Assembly: GCF_009914755.1 (NCBI RefSeq)
Contig: NC_060947.1
Origin: the human T2T-CHM13v2.0 reference genome, Homo sapiens
DNA length: 64,000 nucleotides
Strand: one strand, 5' to 3'
Positions within the stretch are counted from its first letter, which is position 1; each line of letters opens with the position of its first letter. The translations under genes and the position numbers were made by a program. Below are positions 44,564 through 58,227 of the stretch, one piece after another. The notes beneath the pieces were generated by a model. The model was given only the letters and a program-made list of their open reading frames with translations. It searched no databases and was not told where the DNA came from.

Positions 44564-44836
44564 CATGAAAAGCCAATTCTCACAATACCTGTCTTAGATT
44601 TTCTAACAGAATGATTCAATTTATCTTGGAATAAATATAATACACATGAAAAGTCTCTATATGGTGAACTGTAGAACTTTTCTAAATATATAAAAGAACA
44701 CATGAAAGCCAATTCTCACAATACCTGCCTTAGATTTTCTAACAGAATAATTCAACTTATCTTGGAATAAATATAATACACATGAAAAGTCTGTAGATAG
44801 TGAACTGTAGAACTGTTCTAAGTATATAAAAGAACA
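44564..44836 (+). repeat. 137-bp tandem duplication
   Basis: 44564-44700 vs 44701-44836 differ by 8 substitutions and 1 indel by manual count. Confidence 0.97.
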
Positions 44837-45720
44837 CCTAAATAAATGGAAAGACCATATATCTAGATTGAAAGATTAAATGTAGTCAATGTATCAATTC
44901 TCCCAAAATGAAAAGAAATAATTCAGTATAATTCAAATTTAAATTCTGCCATGTTTTTTAAAAAACATAAAAAGTCAATTCTAAAATATATTTCAAAAGA
45001 AAAATCACAATATTAGCTAAGAAAACCAAAGAGAAAAAATAATTGGGTTATTTGTATCTGAAATGATGTTTCATGGTACTTTAAATTTGCAATTCTCTAA
45101 TAGATGAGAATAATTGTATTTTCATAAGTTTATTGAATATTGGATTATCCTTTTCCTTTAATTTTCTGCTCATCTGACCATGTTGATTATATATGTATTA
45201 ATTTTACTTAAATATAATGTAAATATATATTTATTGATTACATTGTATATTTATTTTATTTTATTATATCTTGTTCTCATATTTTTTATTTAATTTCTTT
45301 AGATATAGTTTAATACTTCTTTTGGTAAATTTTTTTAATTGATCAATTAAACTTTATTAAGAATTTATGCTCATCAAAAAATACTAAGAGAATAAATAAT
45401 GAAGCCATAGGGTGGGAGAAGGAATTGTAATGCGTATATCTACTAAAGAATTCACATTTTTAATATACAATAGGCATATTGATTAGGAAAACATAGACAA
45501 CTCAATAAATGGCAAAAACTTGAACAGATATTTCACAAAGATGTCCAAGTGGACAGTGAGCATAAGAATAGGCCCTCAGTATCAAATCTTCAGGACATTG
45601 CAAATTAAGTTCTATCTAAAAAATACAACATCAACACTCCTACAATGTCTAAAATAGAATAATAGATAACTGATTTTTGAAGTGGATACTGGGTCACTAA
45701 TTTCTCACATTTCCCTCTTT
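44837..45720 (+). mobile_element. Old L1ME-like ORF2 fragments
   Basis: CCTAAATAAATGGAAAGAC, GTCAATTCTAAAAT and TTGAACAGATATTTCACAAAG are degenerate ORF2 motifs. Confidence 0.65.
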
Positions 45721-45829
45721 TTTATTATATGTATTTAAAGCTGCAAGATTTTCCTCTAAACTGGTCTTAGATGGATCTTACAACTCTTCATGTCATTCAG
45801 TAGCAAACATAGTCTAATTTATATTATTG

Positions 45830-48565
45830 CTTTTGTCTCTCAGCACTTAAGATTCTTTCCTTCATCTTGACTTTAGATAACCTGTTGACTATGTGCCTAG
45901 GAGATGATATTTTTGTGATAAATTTCCCAGGAATTATTTGAGCTTCCTGTGTTTGGCTGTCTAGACCTCTTGAAGGCCAGGGGAGTTTTCCTCAAGTATT
46001 TCCTCAAATAAGTTTTTCAAACTTTGAGATTTCTCCTCTTTTTCCTCAGGAACACCAATTATTCTTAGTTTCGGACATTTAACATAATCCCAAACCTCTT
46101 GGAGACATTGTTCTTGTTCTTTTTTCTTTGTCTTTGTCGAATTAGGAGAATTCAAAAGCCTGTCTTCAAGCTCCTTTTTCTACTTGTTCCACTCAATGAT
46201 TTAAACTTTCTACTGCATTTTGTATTTCTGTAAGTATATCTTTTATTTCCAAGAATTGTGATTTTTTTATAACATCTATTTCCATGGAGAAGTTCTCATC
46301 CATATTCTGTTTTTTGTTTGTTTGTTTGTTTAAGTTTTCACCTTTCTCTGGTATCTCCTTGAGTAGCTTAATAACCAACCTTCTGAATTCTTTATCTGGC
46401 AATTCAGATTTCTTCTTGGTTTGGAACAATTGCAGGGGAGCTAGTGTGATATGTTGGAGGTGTTATAGAACACTGTTTTGTGATATTACCAGAATTACTT
46501 TTCTGTTTCTTCTCATTTGGGTAGACTATTTCTTATAATTGTTCTTGAATTTATTTTTGATCAGACTATGGTTTTTGTGATGTTGTTGTTTTTTCCTCTT
46601 TTTTTTTTTTTTTTATTTTGAGAGGGAGTCTGGCTCTGTCACCCAGGCTGGAGTGCAATGGCGCCATCTAGGCTCACTGCAAGCTCTGCCTCCTGGGTTC
46701 ATGCCATTCTCCTGCCTCAGCCTCCCAGTAGCTGGGACTACAGGCGTCCACCAGCACGCCCGGCTAATTTTTTTGTATTTTTAGTACAGACAGAGTTTCA
46801 CAGTGTTAACCAGGATGGTCTCGATCTCCTGACCTCATGATCCGCCCACCTCGGCCTCCCAAAGTGCTGGGATTACAGGCGTGAGCCACCGCGCCCGGCC
46901 CTGTTTTTCCCTCTTAAGAATCAGGTTTTAATGTCTATTTTAGCTTAATTTGATTCTTAGTGCTTGTAGACATGAAGATTCTTTTGTCCCATGGGGTAAT
47001 CCCTTGATATGGTACTCCCCTGTTTCCCCTAGTTATGGGGGCTTCCTGAGAGCGAGACTACTGTGATTGGTTGTTATTGCTCTTCTGAGTCTAGCTACCC
47101 AGCAGTGCCACCAGGCTCCAGCAGGTGTTGGGTAATGGCTGCAAAGAGTCCTGTGATGTGGTGTGTCTTCAGGTTTCTCAGCTGTGAATACCAGGACCTG
47201 ATCTGGTGGTAGTAGCAGGGGAGTGAAATAGATTCCATGAGAATTTTTTATTGTAGATACATTTAGTGTGCTGGCTTTCTCAAATGCTGGTTATGTTAGC
47301 AGTCAGTGAAGTTGTCACATGGACAGACTCAGGGCTGCTTGTTAGCCAGTATGTTTCAGGCGTGGTATTAATGGTCATTTTCTCCTTCCTTGGAGCAGGG
47401 TTGTTTTGTCATGAGTTGCTGTAAAGGCCTGAGTTGGTTGGCCTCCAGCCAAACAGTGGCAGTTGTAACAGAGCACCAGCTGTGGTGGGATATAAGCTTC
47501 CCCTAAGTTGGCCAGGGGAGGTATTCTGGTTACTTAGGCAATGGGTAGGGTCATAAAGCAACCAAGACTGTATGTCTTTTGTGTTTGGCTACCAGGGCTG
47601 GTAGAAAAATACCATCAGGTTGGGGCAAGATTAAGTGGGTCTGGTCTCAAACTCTCCTTTGCCGGGGCTTGCTGTGCCCACCGTGGGGGATGGGGGTGGT
47701 TCTCAGGCCAATGAAGTTATGTCCTAGAGGGGAGTATGGCTGCCTCTGCTTAGCAATATTGTTTGTCAGGGAAGTGGGAGCTAGTCAGTAGCAAAGACTT
47801 CACCCACCTCCCATGCAGTTGGCAGGGCCAGTCTGGCTTCCACAGTGCCCTGGTCTCCACTAAAACTGCTGGGTTTAAATCCAGACAGCTTGCTGATGCA
47901 GAACTCAGACCTTTTCCCAGGCCTAAGCTACTGAACTGATCAAGCAAGCTCAGCTTTCCAGTCTTGCCCCTAACTGCCTGGCCACAGTATTGGCTGTGGC
48001 TCTTGTCCTCGTATGTGTCGCAGTTCTTGTTTTCCCCCCATATTCTGCTCAAAAAGGTTAGTTCCCAGTCAAAATCATTGCAAAATTCAGTTGGAAGCTT
48101 CTGACACCTTGTGACCCCTCCGTAATTTTGCTGGATGCCTTTCCTGAGGGCCTCTGTGAGATGTAGTCAAAGATGGCTTCCCTGTGCTCCAGCTGGAGAA
48201 TGGGAGTACCCATAAGGCTCTTCCCACTGTTGCTTTTACTTTTATATTTTCCATGGCTCCCTAAATCCATTCCAGCTCTAGGTAAGGTTAAATCCTTCTC
48301 CTGTGATCTGTATTTTTAGATTCCCCAGTGGGAAGGTGTGTTTGGAAGCAGGTTTTTCCTCTCTCACACTTTGAGAACTCACAGTTTTTTGCCTATCTCA
48401 TGCCACTTCTTTCAAAGGATCTGTGAATTCTTTCTGTTTTCCTGGTACAGTCCTGCAATGGTTCTTGCAGCAAAAATTTGCAGTGTGAGTCTTCACGCAC
48501 TGTTCTGTCAGTCCAAATGGGAGCTGCATGTTAGCCCTGTCTTCTGTCTGCCGTCTTCCCCCACC
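45830..48565 (-). mobile_element. L1PB/L1PBa-type 5'UTR plus ORF1 fragment
   Basis: ORFs 45961..46155 (LQEVWDYVKCPKLRIIGVPE) and 46193..46429 (ELPDKEFRRLVIKLLKE) are ORF1p. A long 5'UTR runs to ~48565. Confidence 0.88.
46601..46900 (-). mobile_element. AluY
   Basis: GCAAGCTC, GGGTTCATGCCATTCTCC and CCAGGATGGTCTCGATCTCC diagnostics, high CpG retention, TSD TGTTTTT(T/C)CCTCTT. Confidence 0.95.
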
Positions 48566-50089
48566 TCTGCATGTATTTTAATTCTATGTAAATTAAAAAT
48601 ACTACAAGAAATGATAAATGTTGTCCTGTATGCTAATATTTGTTATAATTTATCCATGAATTTTCCCTAATTTTTTTTTTCTAAATTGGTGTGCCTTTTC
48701 TCTAGCATCATTTTGCTTCTGTATAAACTCATTAATATCCTTTTTAATATGATTCTATAATCTACAACTCTTTTTCCTTTCAATTTATGAATCTAAAACC
48801 ATTTTATAGCCCTTCACCTTTTAAGAATATTTATACTGACTGTATAGTTAATACTTAGCAGTATTTTCCAACATTTTACATGCCTTTATCTTCCAGGTTC
48901 CAAATTTCAGTTAAAGCATTAACCGTCTGTCTCACTGTTACCTCTGTGAATATAAAGTATCTTTTTCCAGGATGCTTTATATATGTTTCTTTTTCTCACT
49001 GTTTTTCAACACAATAACTTTGATTGTGACTGGGTATTGTTATTGAAGTTATTTTGCTTGGAGCTTCTTGGGTTTCATAAATATGTGGTGTGATGTTTCA
49101 TGCCACTTTTGGAATATTATCTCATCAAATACTATTTTTGTAATAATACTTGTGTTAGTCTTTTCTATCATGATATTCGTGTACACTTTTGTCTGTGTTC
49201 TCTTTTTTTCTCTCCCTGCTTTAGTCTCTATAGTTTCCACTATTTCTTCAACTCAATAGTCTTCACTTCAACTTTACCCACTTTACTCTTCTTTTAAACA
49301 GTTTTATTGAAGTATAATCAATATATAAACAACTGCACATATTTAATGCATACATGTGGATAGATTTAGACATATGCAAACACCCATGATACCACTAACA
49401 CAATCAAGGTAATAAACTAAATCTACTCCTAAATACATACATTGAGATCTGAATTTCAGTTGTTGTGTTTTTGTTTCTCTTTTATGCTTTTCACTTCTTG
49501 TTTTTACATTCAGTTCCTCTATTATTAATGCTATTAATTTTCTTGAAAATAATAATTATAGTTATTTTAGAGTTTCTATCTAATAAATTTAATACCTGAG
49601 GCACTTTTGGATCAATTATATTGTCATCATCCATCTTGTTTCTTGAAATATACATACATTTTTATTTGAATATTGTATAATATTTTGAAAAAATTGAGGA
49701 TCTGGTATATTACTATCTAGCTCTAGAAAAAAATTAGACTTTTATTTTTGCAGGCATGATTAAGATAATTAAAGAAAAGTCTCTTTATTCAATCAGGAAT
49801 TCAGGTAATTTTACTCTGGATCTCAATCACTGTGCATTCTTCTTTACTTCTAGTCTGCCATTAACACAAGAAAAATCCCATTAAGTGTCAATTGAAGACT
49901 TGTTCTGTGTGCCACGTTCCCAACAATAATAATGTTGAAAATTTTAATTATTATCTCATTTTGTAGAAGCAACTTTCCAGTTAGCTAATCAACCTCTCCT
50001 CCTCAGGCTTCTTACAAACGAATAATATCTAAAGTAGATACCTGAGGCCTCATCATTGTCCCCTTATTAGTGTGGGACATATGGAGACT

Positions 50090-50600
50090 GGGCAGTGTAG
50101 TTTTAAACCAGTTCCAGTTTATACTGTGTTCACTGGATCCATGGTCCAATCTAGTGTTTATTTTCCTTAGTCTTCAAATACATAATTAGAATGAATATAC
50201 TTGGTAGTTAACAGAAACCTTATTTTGGGTTTTTGAAATATATGTAAGAACTATTATAATAAAAAGATTAAGTGAAAATTTCTAACAACCTTTACCTCAG
50301 CCAAAATAATAAATAGTAAACAATATCACATAAAAGAGGTTAATAGGTTAGTGCCATGTTTAAACACATTATGAACATAGAAATTGTATTCATTGTTATA
50401 TACCCATTTAGTTTACCAGTTTGGCTCTTATGGAAATTAGATGAAATTTGGCAGATCATAGTGAATTAGCACAAACTCAAATAGAAATTCATTCCCTTTG
50501 CAGCTGCTATGTTATATGTATATTTACTAGGGAAGATCCTCAGAGCTACGGACACATGACATTTAGCTTTTAATCTGGCATAAACAAATGTCCTTTTCCT
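50090..50600 (+). mobile_element. Ancient ERVL pol remnant (protease-RT junction)
   Basis: Degenerate text homologous to 40000-40330 (CATAATTAGAATGAATATACTTGG; ACAATATCACAT; CCCATTTAGTTTACCAGTTTGG). Confidence 0.6.
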
Positions 50601-50964
50601 TCCACAAAAGAAGAAAGATCAAAAGCAGAAGAATAATATTCATATAGAATGAAAAGACAACACATAATTATGCACTTGCTTTAGGTTTTTTAAAAATATT
50701 TGTTACATGCTGATGATGGTGGGATACAACACAATGACCATCTGGAGAGAAGAAAGGCAGAATTCCTTCTTACTTAAAGTTCCAAAAAAGAGAAGGCTGC
50801 CATGCAGGGCCACAAACTGAGTTACACTCAGGGAAAGAGTTACAGAGCTGGCACTATAGGAGATGGCCTATGTATGGCAAGCAATGAATAGTTAGCTAGG
50901 ATTTGGGAGCTTTTTGTGGGTTAATTTTTTTTAAATAATTCTGTGAGCCTAATGAAAAAAAGAC

Positions 50965-52605
50965 TGTATTAGTCCATTCACACATTGCTATAAAAAAACT
51001 ATCTGAGACTGGGTAATTTATAAAGAAAAAATGTATAATTGATTGACAGTTTTGCAGGCTGTACAGGAGGCATGGCTGGGGAAGCCTCAGAAAACTTACA
51101 ATCATGGCAGAAGGCAAAGAGGAAGCCAGCATGTCTTACATAGTCAGAGCAGGAGGAAGAGAACAAAGGGAGAAGTGATACAAGCTTTAAACAACCAGTC
51201 TTGTGAGAACTCTATTATGAGACAGCACTAGTGGGATGGTGCTAAACCATTATAAACCACCCACATGATCTAATAACCTCCCACCAGGCCCCACCTCCAA
51301 CACTCGAGATCACAATTAAACATGAGATTTGTGTGGAGACACAGAGCCAAACCATATCGTTCTGCCTCTGGCCCTTCCCAAAGCGCATGTCCTTCTCATA
51401 TTTCAATATACAATCATACCTTCACAACAGTCCCCCAAAGTCTTGCCTCATTCCAGCATTAAACCAAAAGCCCAAGTCCAAAGTCTTATCAGAGACATGG
51501 CAAGTCCCTTCTGCCTGTGAGCCTGTAAAATCAAAAACAAGTTAGTTACTTGCAAGATACAATGGGGGTAAATGAATTCGTTAAATGATCCCATTCTACA
51601 TGGGAGAAATTGGCCAAAACAAAGGGGCTACAAGCCCCATGCAAGTCCATACCCAGCACAGCCATCATTAAACCATAAAGTTCCAAAATAATATCCTTCA
51701 ACTCCATGTCCCACATCCAGGCCATGTTGATTCAAGGGGTGGGCTCCTATCACCTTGGGCAGCTCTACCCCTGTGGCTCTGAACAGTGCAGCCCTCACAG
51801 GTTCTTTCATGGTCTGGTGTTGAGTGCCTGCAGCATTTACAGGTGCACAGTGCAAGTGTTGGTTGATCTACCATTCTGGGGTCTGGAGAATAGTGGTCCT
51901 CTTCTCATGGCTCCACTAGGAAGTGCCTCAGTGGGGACACTGTGTGGGAGCTCCAATCCCACATTTCCCCCTCTGCACTGTCCTAGTAGAGGTTCTCCAT
52001 GAGGGCTTCACCCCTGTAACACACGTCTGCCTGAACATCCAAGCATTTTCATACACCCTCTAGGTAAGGGCTCCAAATCTAGGTAAGGGCTCCAAAACCT
52101 CAACTCCTGCCTTCTATGCACCTCCAGGCCCAACACCATGTGGAAGCTGCCAAGTTGGAGCTTGCACTTTCTGAAGCAACAACCCAAGCTGTACCTTGGT
52201 CCATTTTAGCCACAGCTAGAGCTGCAGTGGCTGGGAGGAAGGATGCCATTTCTTGAGGCTGCACAGAGCAGTGAGACGCTGGGCCTGGCCCACAAAACTA
52301 TTTTTTCCTCCTAGTCCTCTGGGCCTGTGATGGGAGGGGCTGCCATAAAAGTCTCTGAAATACCTTGGAGGCATTTTCCTATTGTCTTGGCTATTAATAT
52401 TTGTCTCTCCTTTACTTATGTGAATTTCTGCAGCTGGCTTGAATTTCTCCCTGAAAAATGTTTTGTTGTTGTTGTTGTTTTTCGTTTTTTTCTACAACAT
52501 TGTCAGACTGCAAATTTTCCAAACTTTTACACTCTGCTTCCCTTTTAAGAAGTATAAGTTCCTATTTTAGATAGTCCCTTTGTTTGTGCAAATGTGTGCA
52601 GGCTT
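50965..52605 (-). mobile_element. MSTA-type 3' LTR (50965-51359) plus internal region, 5'-truncated
   Basis: TGTATTAGTCCATTCAC...GGCTGTACAGGAGGCATGGCTGGGGA...GGATGGTGCTAAACCATT, followed by a MaLR internal region similar to 1-600 and 63414-64000. Confidence 0.92.
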
Positions 52606-52699
52606 GCATCTCACTTTATGCAGAGCTGGAAAATATTGCCCTTTCACTGGATCTTTTGCCAACACAAAGAAAAATGTGACCCAGTTACTTATTTAAGGT

Positions 52700-53330
52700 A
52701 TAAAGTATACTGTGTAGGTAACTGACATGCTTTTAACTAAACATGTAAATAACTTTAGTTTGGCAGTTGTATTTCTATATATAGAGAAAATACTATGCCA
52801 TTCTTTTCTGGCTTTTTTTTTTTTTTTTTGATACTCTGGGAAGTCTACAGTAAATCTAACATCTCTTGTAAATATCTGTCTTTTCTCTTTGGTTGTTTTT
52901 AAGTTCACTATATTAATAATGTTCTGAAATTTTGCTACAAAGATGTGGATTTTTTTTTTTTTTTTTGCTATTTATCTTGTTTAGATTTTACTATGTTTCT
53001 GAGTCTTACAATCGATGTCTTTTATCATTCTGGCATTTTTAAATAAATAATATTTTCCAGTATTTCCTCTTGTCATTAAAATACTATTAAACATATGTTG
53101 GACGTTTTCATTCTGCCACCCTTGTCTCTCAGTTGTCTTTCATATCTCTTTTAATGTCTTCTGAGTAATTTTTTTCAGATCCAACTTTCAGTTTACTAGT
53201 TATTTCATTGAATGTGATATGATGTTTACTCCATCTGTTGAGTTTTTACTTTTAGTTACTTTATTATTCATTTCACAAGATTATATTGTATCTTAAAAAG
53301 TGTTTTAAAAATTAATTCCCTCTTTTTTTG
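52700..53330 (-). mobile_element. Old L1ME ORF1-region fragment
   Basis: Degenerate antisense ORF1 text (GAAAATACTATGCCATTCTTTTCTGGC, AAGTCTACAGTAAATCTAAC). Confidence 0.55.
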
Positions 53331-53331
53331 A

Positions 53332-53673
<342 letters not shown>

Positions 53674-55757
53674 TTAAATAGGTATTTTTAATCTCTGCAA
53701 CTTGTTCTATCATAGAAAATTATGACAGTTTATTTTTATAATAGATTTTCTCATTTTTGCTGTAAATGTTGGATTTTAAACACTCTTAACTAATATTTCA
53801 TATGCAATAATTTTGTTCTGACTGCATAAGAGAGTTTTTATTGCTCCTGGGATGTACCTCAATTTATCACCAACATTGATTTGCCAATCTGGGCCCAAGT
53901 TGCCATTATCCGCTCGAGATTTCCTTGCCTACATAGAAATTAAACATTTAAAACACAAACTTTTATACAGGTGTGCCTATATGTAAACATTTTAAGGGGA
54001 GAATTTTATTATAATTATAACACAAGCCAGTACAAAGCAAGTTTCTGTGTGTTGGTATGTTTACTTTTTACTGTACTATTTTACTGTGGATAAATCTTTT
54101 ATATATGATTTGAGTTTTAAAAAAATCACTGCTCCGTTTCTATCATAGCACAGTCCAAGACCTTACTTTTTTTCTTGTAAGGGCATTAAAACCAAATAAT
54201 CCTGTCAATGAAATTGTAAAATTCTCCATGTTTGCTAAGGTGTAATTTTAAATAAGTGCTTTAATTTATTTTTTTTAATTTTAGACTCTATTTTCTTGCA
54301 AGTTTCTGTTCACTGTCCTACACATTATTCTGACATTCACTTCCTTTTTACCCTCTGAAACCTGGGAATTCTCTTCTATTAATTTGGTGTTTGTTTATGT
54401 ATTTTAACATTTCATTTATATTGTTTCCAGAATTTCTATATTGTAGAAGCAGAGGGGGAATTCTCTCATTACTCTAGTCTACAATATTTTACATTTACAC
54501 ATAAATTATATTTTTAATATAGATAAAAGAAAAAAGTATGTAGTGGTTGGTTTTCTTCACTTGGTACAAAAGAAAATTTACTTAATCTAAATAGATTTTT
54601 ATTTATGTCTGTCATTAATAATTAGATTGCAGATATATGCACCAAGAAAGTACAAGTAGCAATGTGTTTTAAAGATTAACCAGGTGGCTAAAAAAGATCA
54701 ACAAGGAAAAAAAAATTTCGGCAATGGCAATATAATCAGATATCAACAAAGTCAGTTTTGGTCATAATACTTACATTTAAAGAGCCCTGTACATACTTAA
54801 AAATATTATACTATTCTTTAATATGTCATAATAATACAGGCATTTTTAAATTAATTTCTATAGTCTTAAATATAATGGTTTCTTAAAGCTCTAGCTTTCC
54901 TCATGACTTCCTTAGTGCACTTTAGAAATTATAAGACTAATATAAAGAAAACATTTTCATTCCTTCTCTGTAGTCAATGTAACTATAACCTACAAACTTT
55001 AATATGCCACAATTGGCACACAGATTTTAAACACAGGACTTCACTGATAATATAATTATTCCATTACTATTTGCAATTTGATGTTGGGTAGTTTCATGAA
55101 ATTTAGATTTTTGTTTTGTTTTGCAAAATTTATAATTTCACTGAAGATTAGTGAGACATGAAAACTTCTCAAGAAATAATAAATAGAAAGCAAAAGAATG
55201 TCTTTACTATTGTGTCCTTAAAAGAAATGCTACTCGAAAAGAAGTTCTGACCATAATTCACAAATTTTAGTTGCAAATTATACATTAGTACTACTTATCA
55301 CTCATCTCACTTACTGCTCTTGTCACAATAGGCTTGCATTTATCATGACTTATATTTTTTATATTTTTAGTGTGATTGTCCTTATTGTTGCCAATACTTC
55401 TCTTAATACACATATAGCCAAATTGAATTAAATGCAACCTTATATTTCATACTTAAGTCATGAATTGAAACTTGATTGACTAGCACTTAACAGTAAATTA
55501 TAAAATAAAGTGACCGGCCCAATTTTATCTAGCAAAACAATGTAGGCACTATGATGAAATGGCTGATCTGACAGTCTTATTTTATGATCTGTTGCATTAA
55601 ACTCTTACTTAACATGATTTCCATAGATACTCAGAGTGTGAATATTGGAGAAACCTAAAATACTTATTTTACATCAAATAAAACTGCATTACCAAATAAT
55701 ACCTAAAATTTTGTTGGCTCTCAAGATATTTAATAGCTTCAGACTTTTTATCCAGGA

Positions 55758-55830
55758 ATATATCTATATCTATATCTATATCTATATCTATATCTATCTA
55801 TATATTTCTTGCTGTTATTACACTTCTTAA

Positions 55831-55869
<39 letters not shown>

Positions 55870-56182
55870 TATATGTGTGTGTGTGTGTGTATATATATAT
55901 ATCGCCACTTCAAGGATCTCTCACAAACCATTTTTGCTTTGCAACATATGTCACAAATGGGAAAACGGCTATATATATGTGTATATATATATATATGTAT
56001 ATATATACACACACACACACATATGCACATGCTGCAGTGCAAAAATGGCTTGTGAGAGATTCTTGAAGTGGATATATATATATAATTTTAGAAAGTGTAA
56101 CAACAGCAAATATATATGTATATATATGTGTGTATATATATATATATACCTACATATATTTAGGAAGTGTAACAACAGCAAG
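55758..56182. repeat. Compound (TATATC)n/(TA)n/(TG)n/(CA)n microsatellite containing a two-block imperfect palindrome
   Basis: Block A' 55808-55832 is the reverse complement of 56084-56110 and 56158-56182. Block B 55905-55950 is the reverse complement of 56028-56071. Confidence 0.95.
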
Positions 56183-56575
56183 TAGTTAGGTAGACATGAG
56201 ATTTTTATTTGTTTGCTGAAAAGCAGTGAACCATCTTGAATTGTACCAGGAAAAATTAAGGTAAAAGTTATGAAAAACTACACACCAAAAAACTTTCTAA
56301 ATACCAGAGTATAAAACAAAAGATTAGCCTTTGTTGAGTGAATTTGAACATAATAGTCTGTCAACCAATGGCCTAAAAATTCAGTGAAAATAAATATGTT
56401 TTGATTCTGAGGCTATAATTCTTAAAGTGACTAAAAACATTCAAGAACGGCTATAAAATTATCTCCTGCAGATTTAATAAGTGCTACTTATCTGCCTGTA
56501 GTAGACAACAACCAGTGTGAATGCGGCAGAAATAGCTAGGTAACTCTGGAAGCTATTGATATTCTGAGATCACAG

Positions 56576-57401
56576 TGGAATGGGAAAGGTTCCCCTTCCC
56601 CCTCGTAGGGCATGCATTGAGGGTGTGGCTCTCTTCCTAGGTGCCCCGCTGCTCAAACCTCTAGGGGAGCATACAGACAGGCAGGCTGTGGGGCTCTGAC
56701 CATAAGGCAGTGTCTAGGGGTTAATGTTTACAGCTGAAGCCCCAGTGGGCATGTGTTACAGGGTGCTCTTTTAGTTTGCCATCTATAGGTGGCTTGTGTT
56801 AACCAGCTGAATTAGACCCCCTTCCTTATCACAAGGACAGGGGGATTTCTGTATCCCAGGGTTTCTTGCCTTGGTGTCCCGGAATTATTGGATCACACGT
56901 GGGCTTAGAGAATGAGTGTAGGGTTTTATTGAGTGGAAGTAGCTCTCAGCAGATGGAGGAGCCAAAGGGAGATGGTTTTCCCCTAGAGTTGGGCTGCTCG
57001 ACTCTTCTCCTACCACTCTGGACAAGCTCCACATCATTCCACTGGTCGATGGCCTGCCAGCCTGCTAGTGCCTGTCGGGCATGCTCCTTCCCCTGATGTG
57101 CTCTTGATGACCAGCCACTTGTGTCTTCCACCGATGTGCTCCTCACAACATTTAACCACTTGTGTGTCTGCCTTGCTAGGGTCTCGAGTTTTTACAGGCC
57201 CAGGATGGGGGCATGGCAAGCCAAGGTGGTCTTGGAGAATGCAACATTTGGTCATGAAGGCAGAAGTGCCTACCCTCACCTAGGTCCATGGAGGTGGAGC
57301 CCTAGTCAGGGACTGCACTCTCCTCTACCAAGCACTTCTCTTCCCCGCTTCTGTATTATTTAAAGGGACTATGCTCTTCCTTTCCCAGCACTTCCATATC
57401 A
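56576..57401 (-). mobile_element. LTR1-family (HUERS-P2/MER52 group) solo LTR
   Basis: Minus-strand start TGATATGGAAGTGCTGGGAAAGGAAGAGCATAGTCCCTTTAAAT, TG...CA ends, near-TSD ACAG/ATAG. Confidence 0.85.
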
Positions 57402-57817
57402 ATAGAAAATTCTAGGCACCATCTACGTATTAAAATTCAATGTATTAGACCTGGTAATTCCGTTATACATTTTGTTTGTGATAAATGCAAACTAGATAAA
57501 CATTGAATAAAAATGAAATATTGCTGAACTCTATTCACCGTTCTCAGCTAAGCTTACCTTAGAATGCTACATTGATTACCCCAGTAAACCTCCAATAAAT
57601 TATATAATTATAATATTGCTAATGATTTCATCAAAAAAGGAAACCACTCTTGTATCTTTAACTCTATGAAGAAATAGCTTAATTTCATTAACATTGTTGT
57701 AAAATTAGATTCCAGAAATATTAAATGCATTCCTGTAGTAATACAGGTCACAGTTCACAGAATGGTCCATGTATTATTTTGCAATACATTTGAAAATATT
57801 ACGTATTTGTCACTTTA

Positions 57818-58122
57818 AGCCAGCAATGTGGTGCACATTGCTGGCCTGTAATCCCAGTACTTTGGGAGGCTGAGGTGGCATGAGCACTTGAGGCCAGCAG
57901 ATCAAGACCAACCTGGTCAACATAATGAGACCCCCATCTCTACCAACAAATTAAATAAACAATTATCTGGGCTTGGTGGTACATGGCCATAGCCCCAGAT
58001 ACTTGGGAGGCTGAGGCAGCATGATTGCTTGAGTCCAGGAGGTTGAGGCTGCAGTGAGCTATGATTGCACTACTGTACACCAACCTTGGTTACTGAGTGA
58101 AATTCTGTCTATAAAATAAAAA
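57818..58122 (+). mobile_element. AluJ
   Basis: Diverged dimer (GATTGCTTGAGTCCAGGAGGTTGAGGCTGCAGTGAGCTATGATTG). Confidence 0.92.
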
Positions 58123-58227
58123 GAACATTAGTTGCTTTAATGTTATTTAGGTGTTTTGATAGCATTTATTTTTAAATAGAAAGACTCCTATATCTTGGTA
58201 AACATTTTTACAACTTGACAGTACCAT

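Noticed and set aside
50700-50940. Possible additional old LTR fragment (MER76-like)
   Set aside because: Only a vague resemblance, with no second end or TSD identifiable.
55645-56185. Cluster of overlapping ORFs and a repeat-spacer-like look suggesting CRISPR
   Set aside because: The ORFs arise from stop-free TA/TG microsatellites. The 'spacers' are inverted copies of each other, the repeats are irregular, there are no cas genes, and the DNA is primate.
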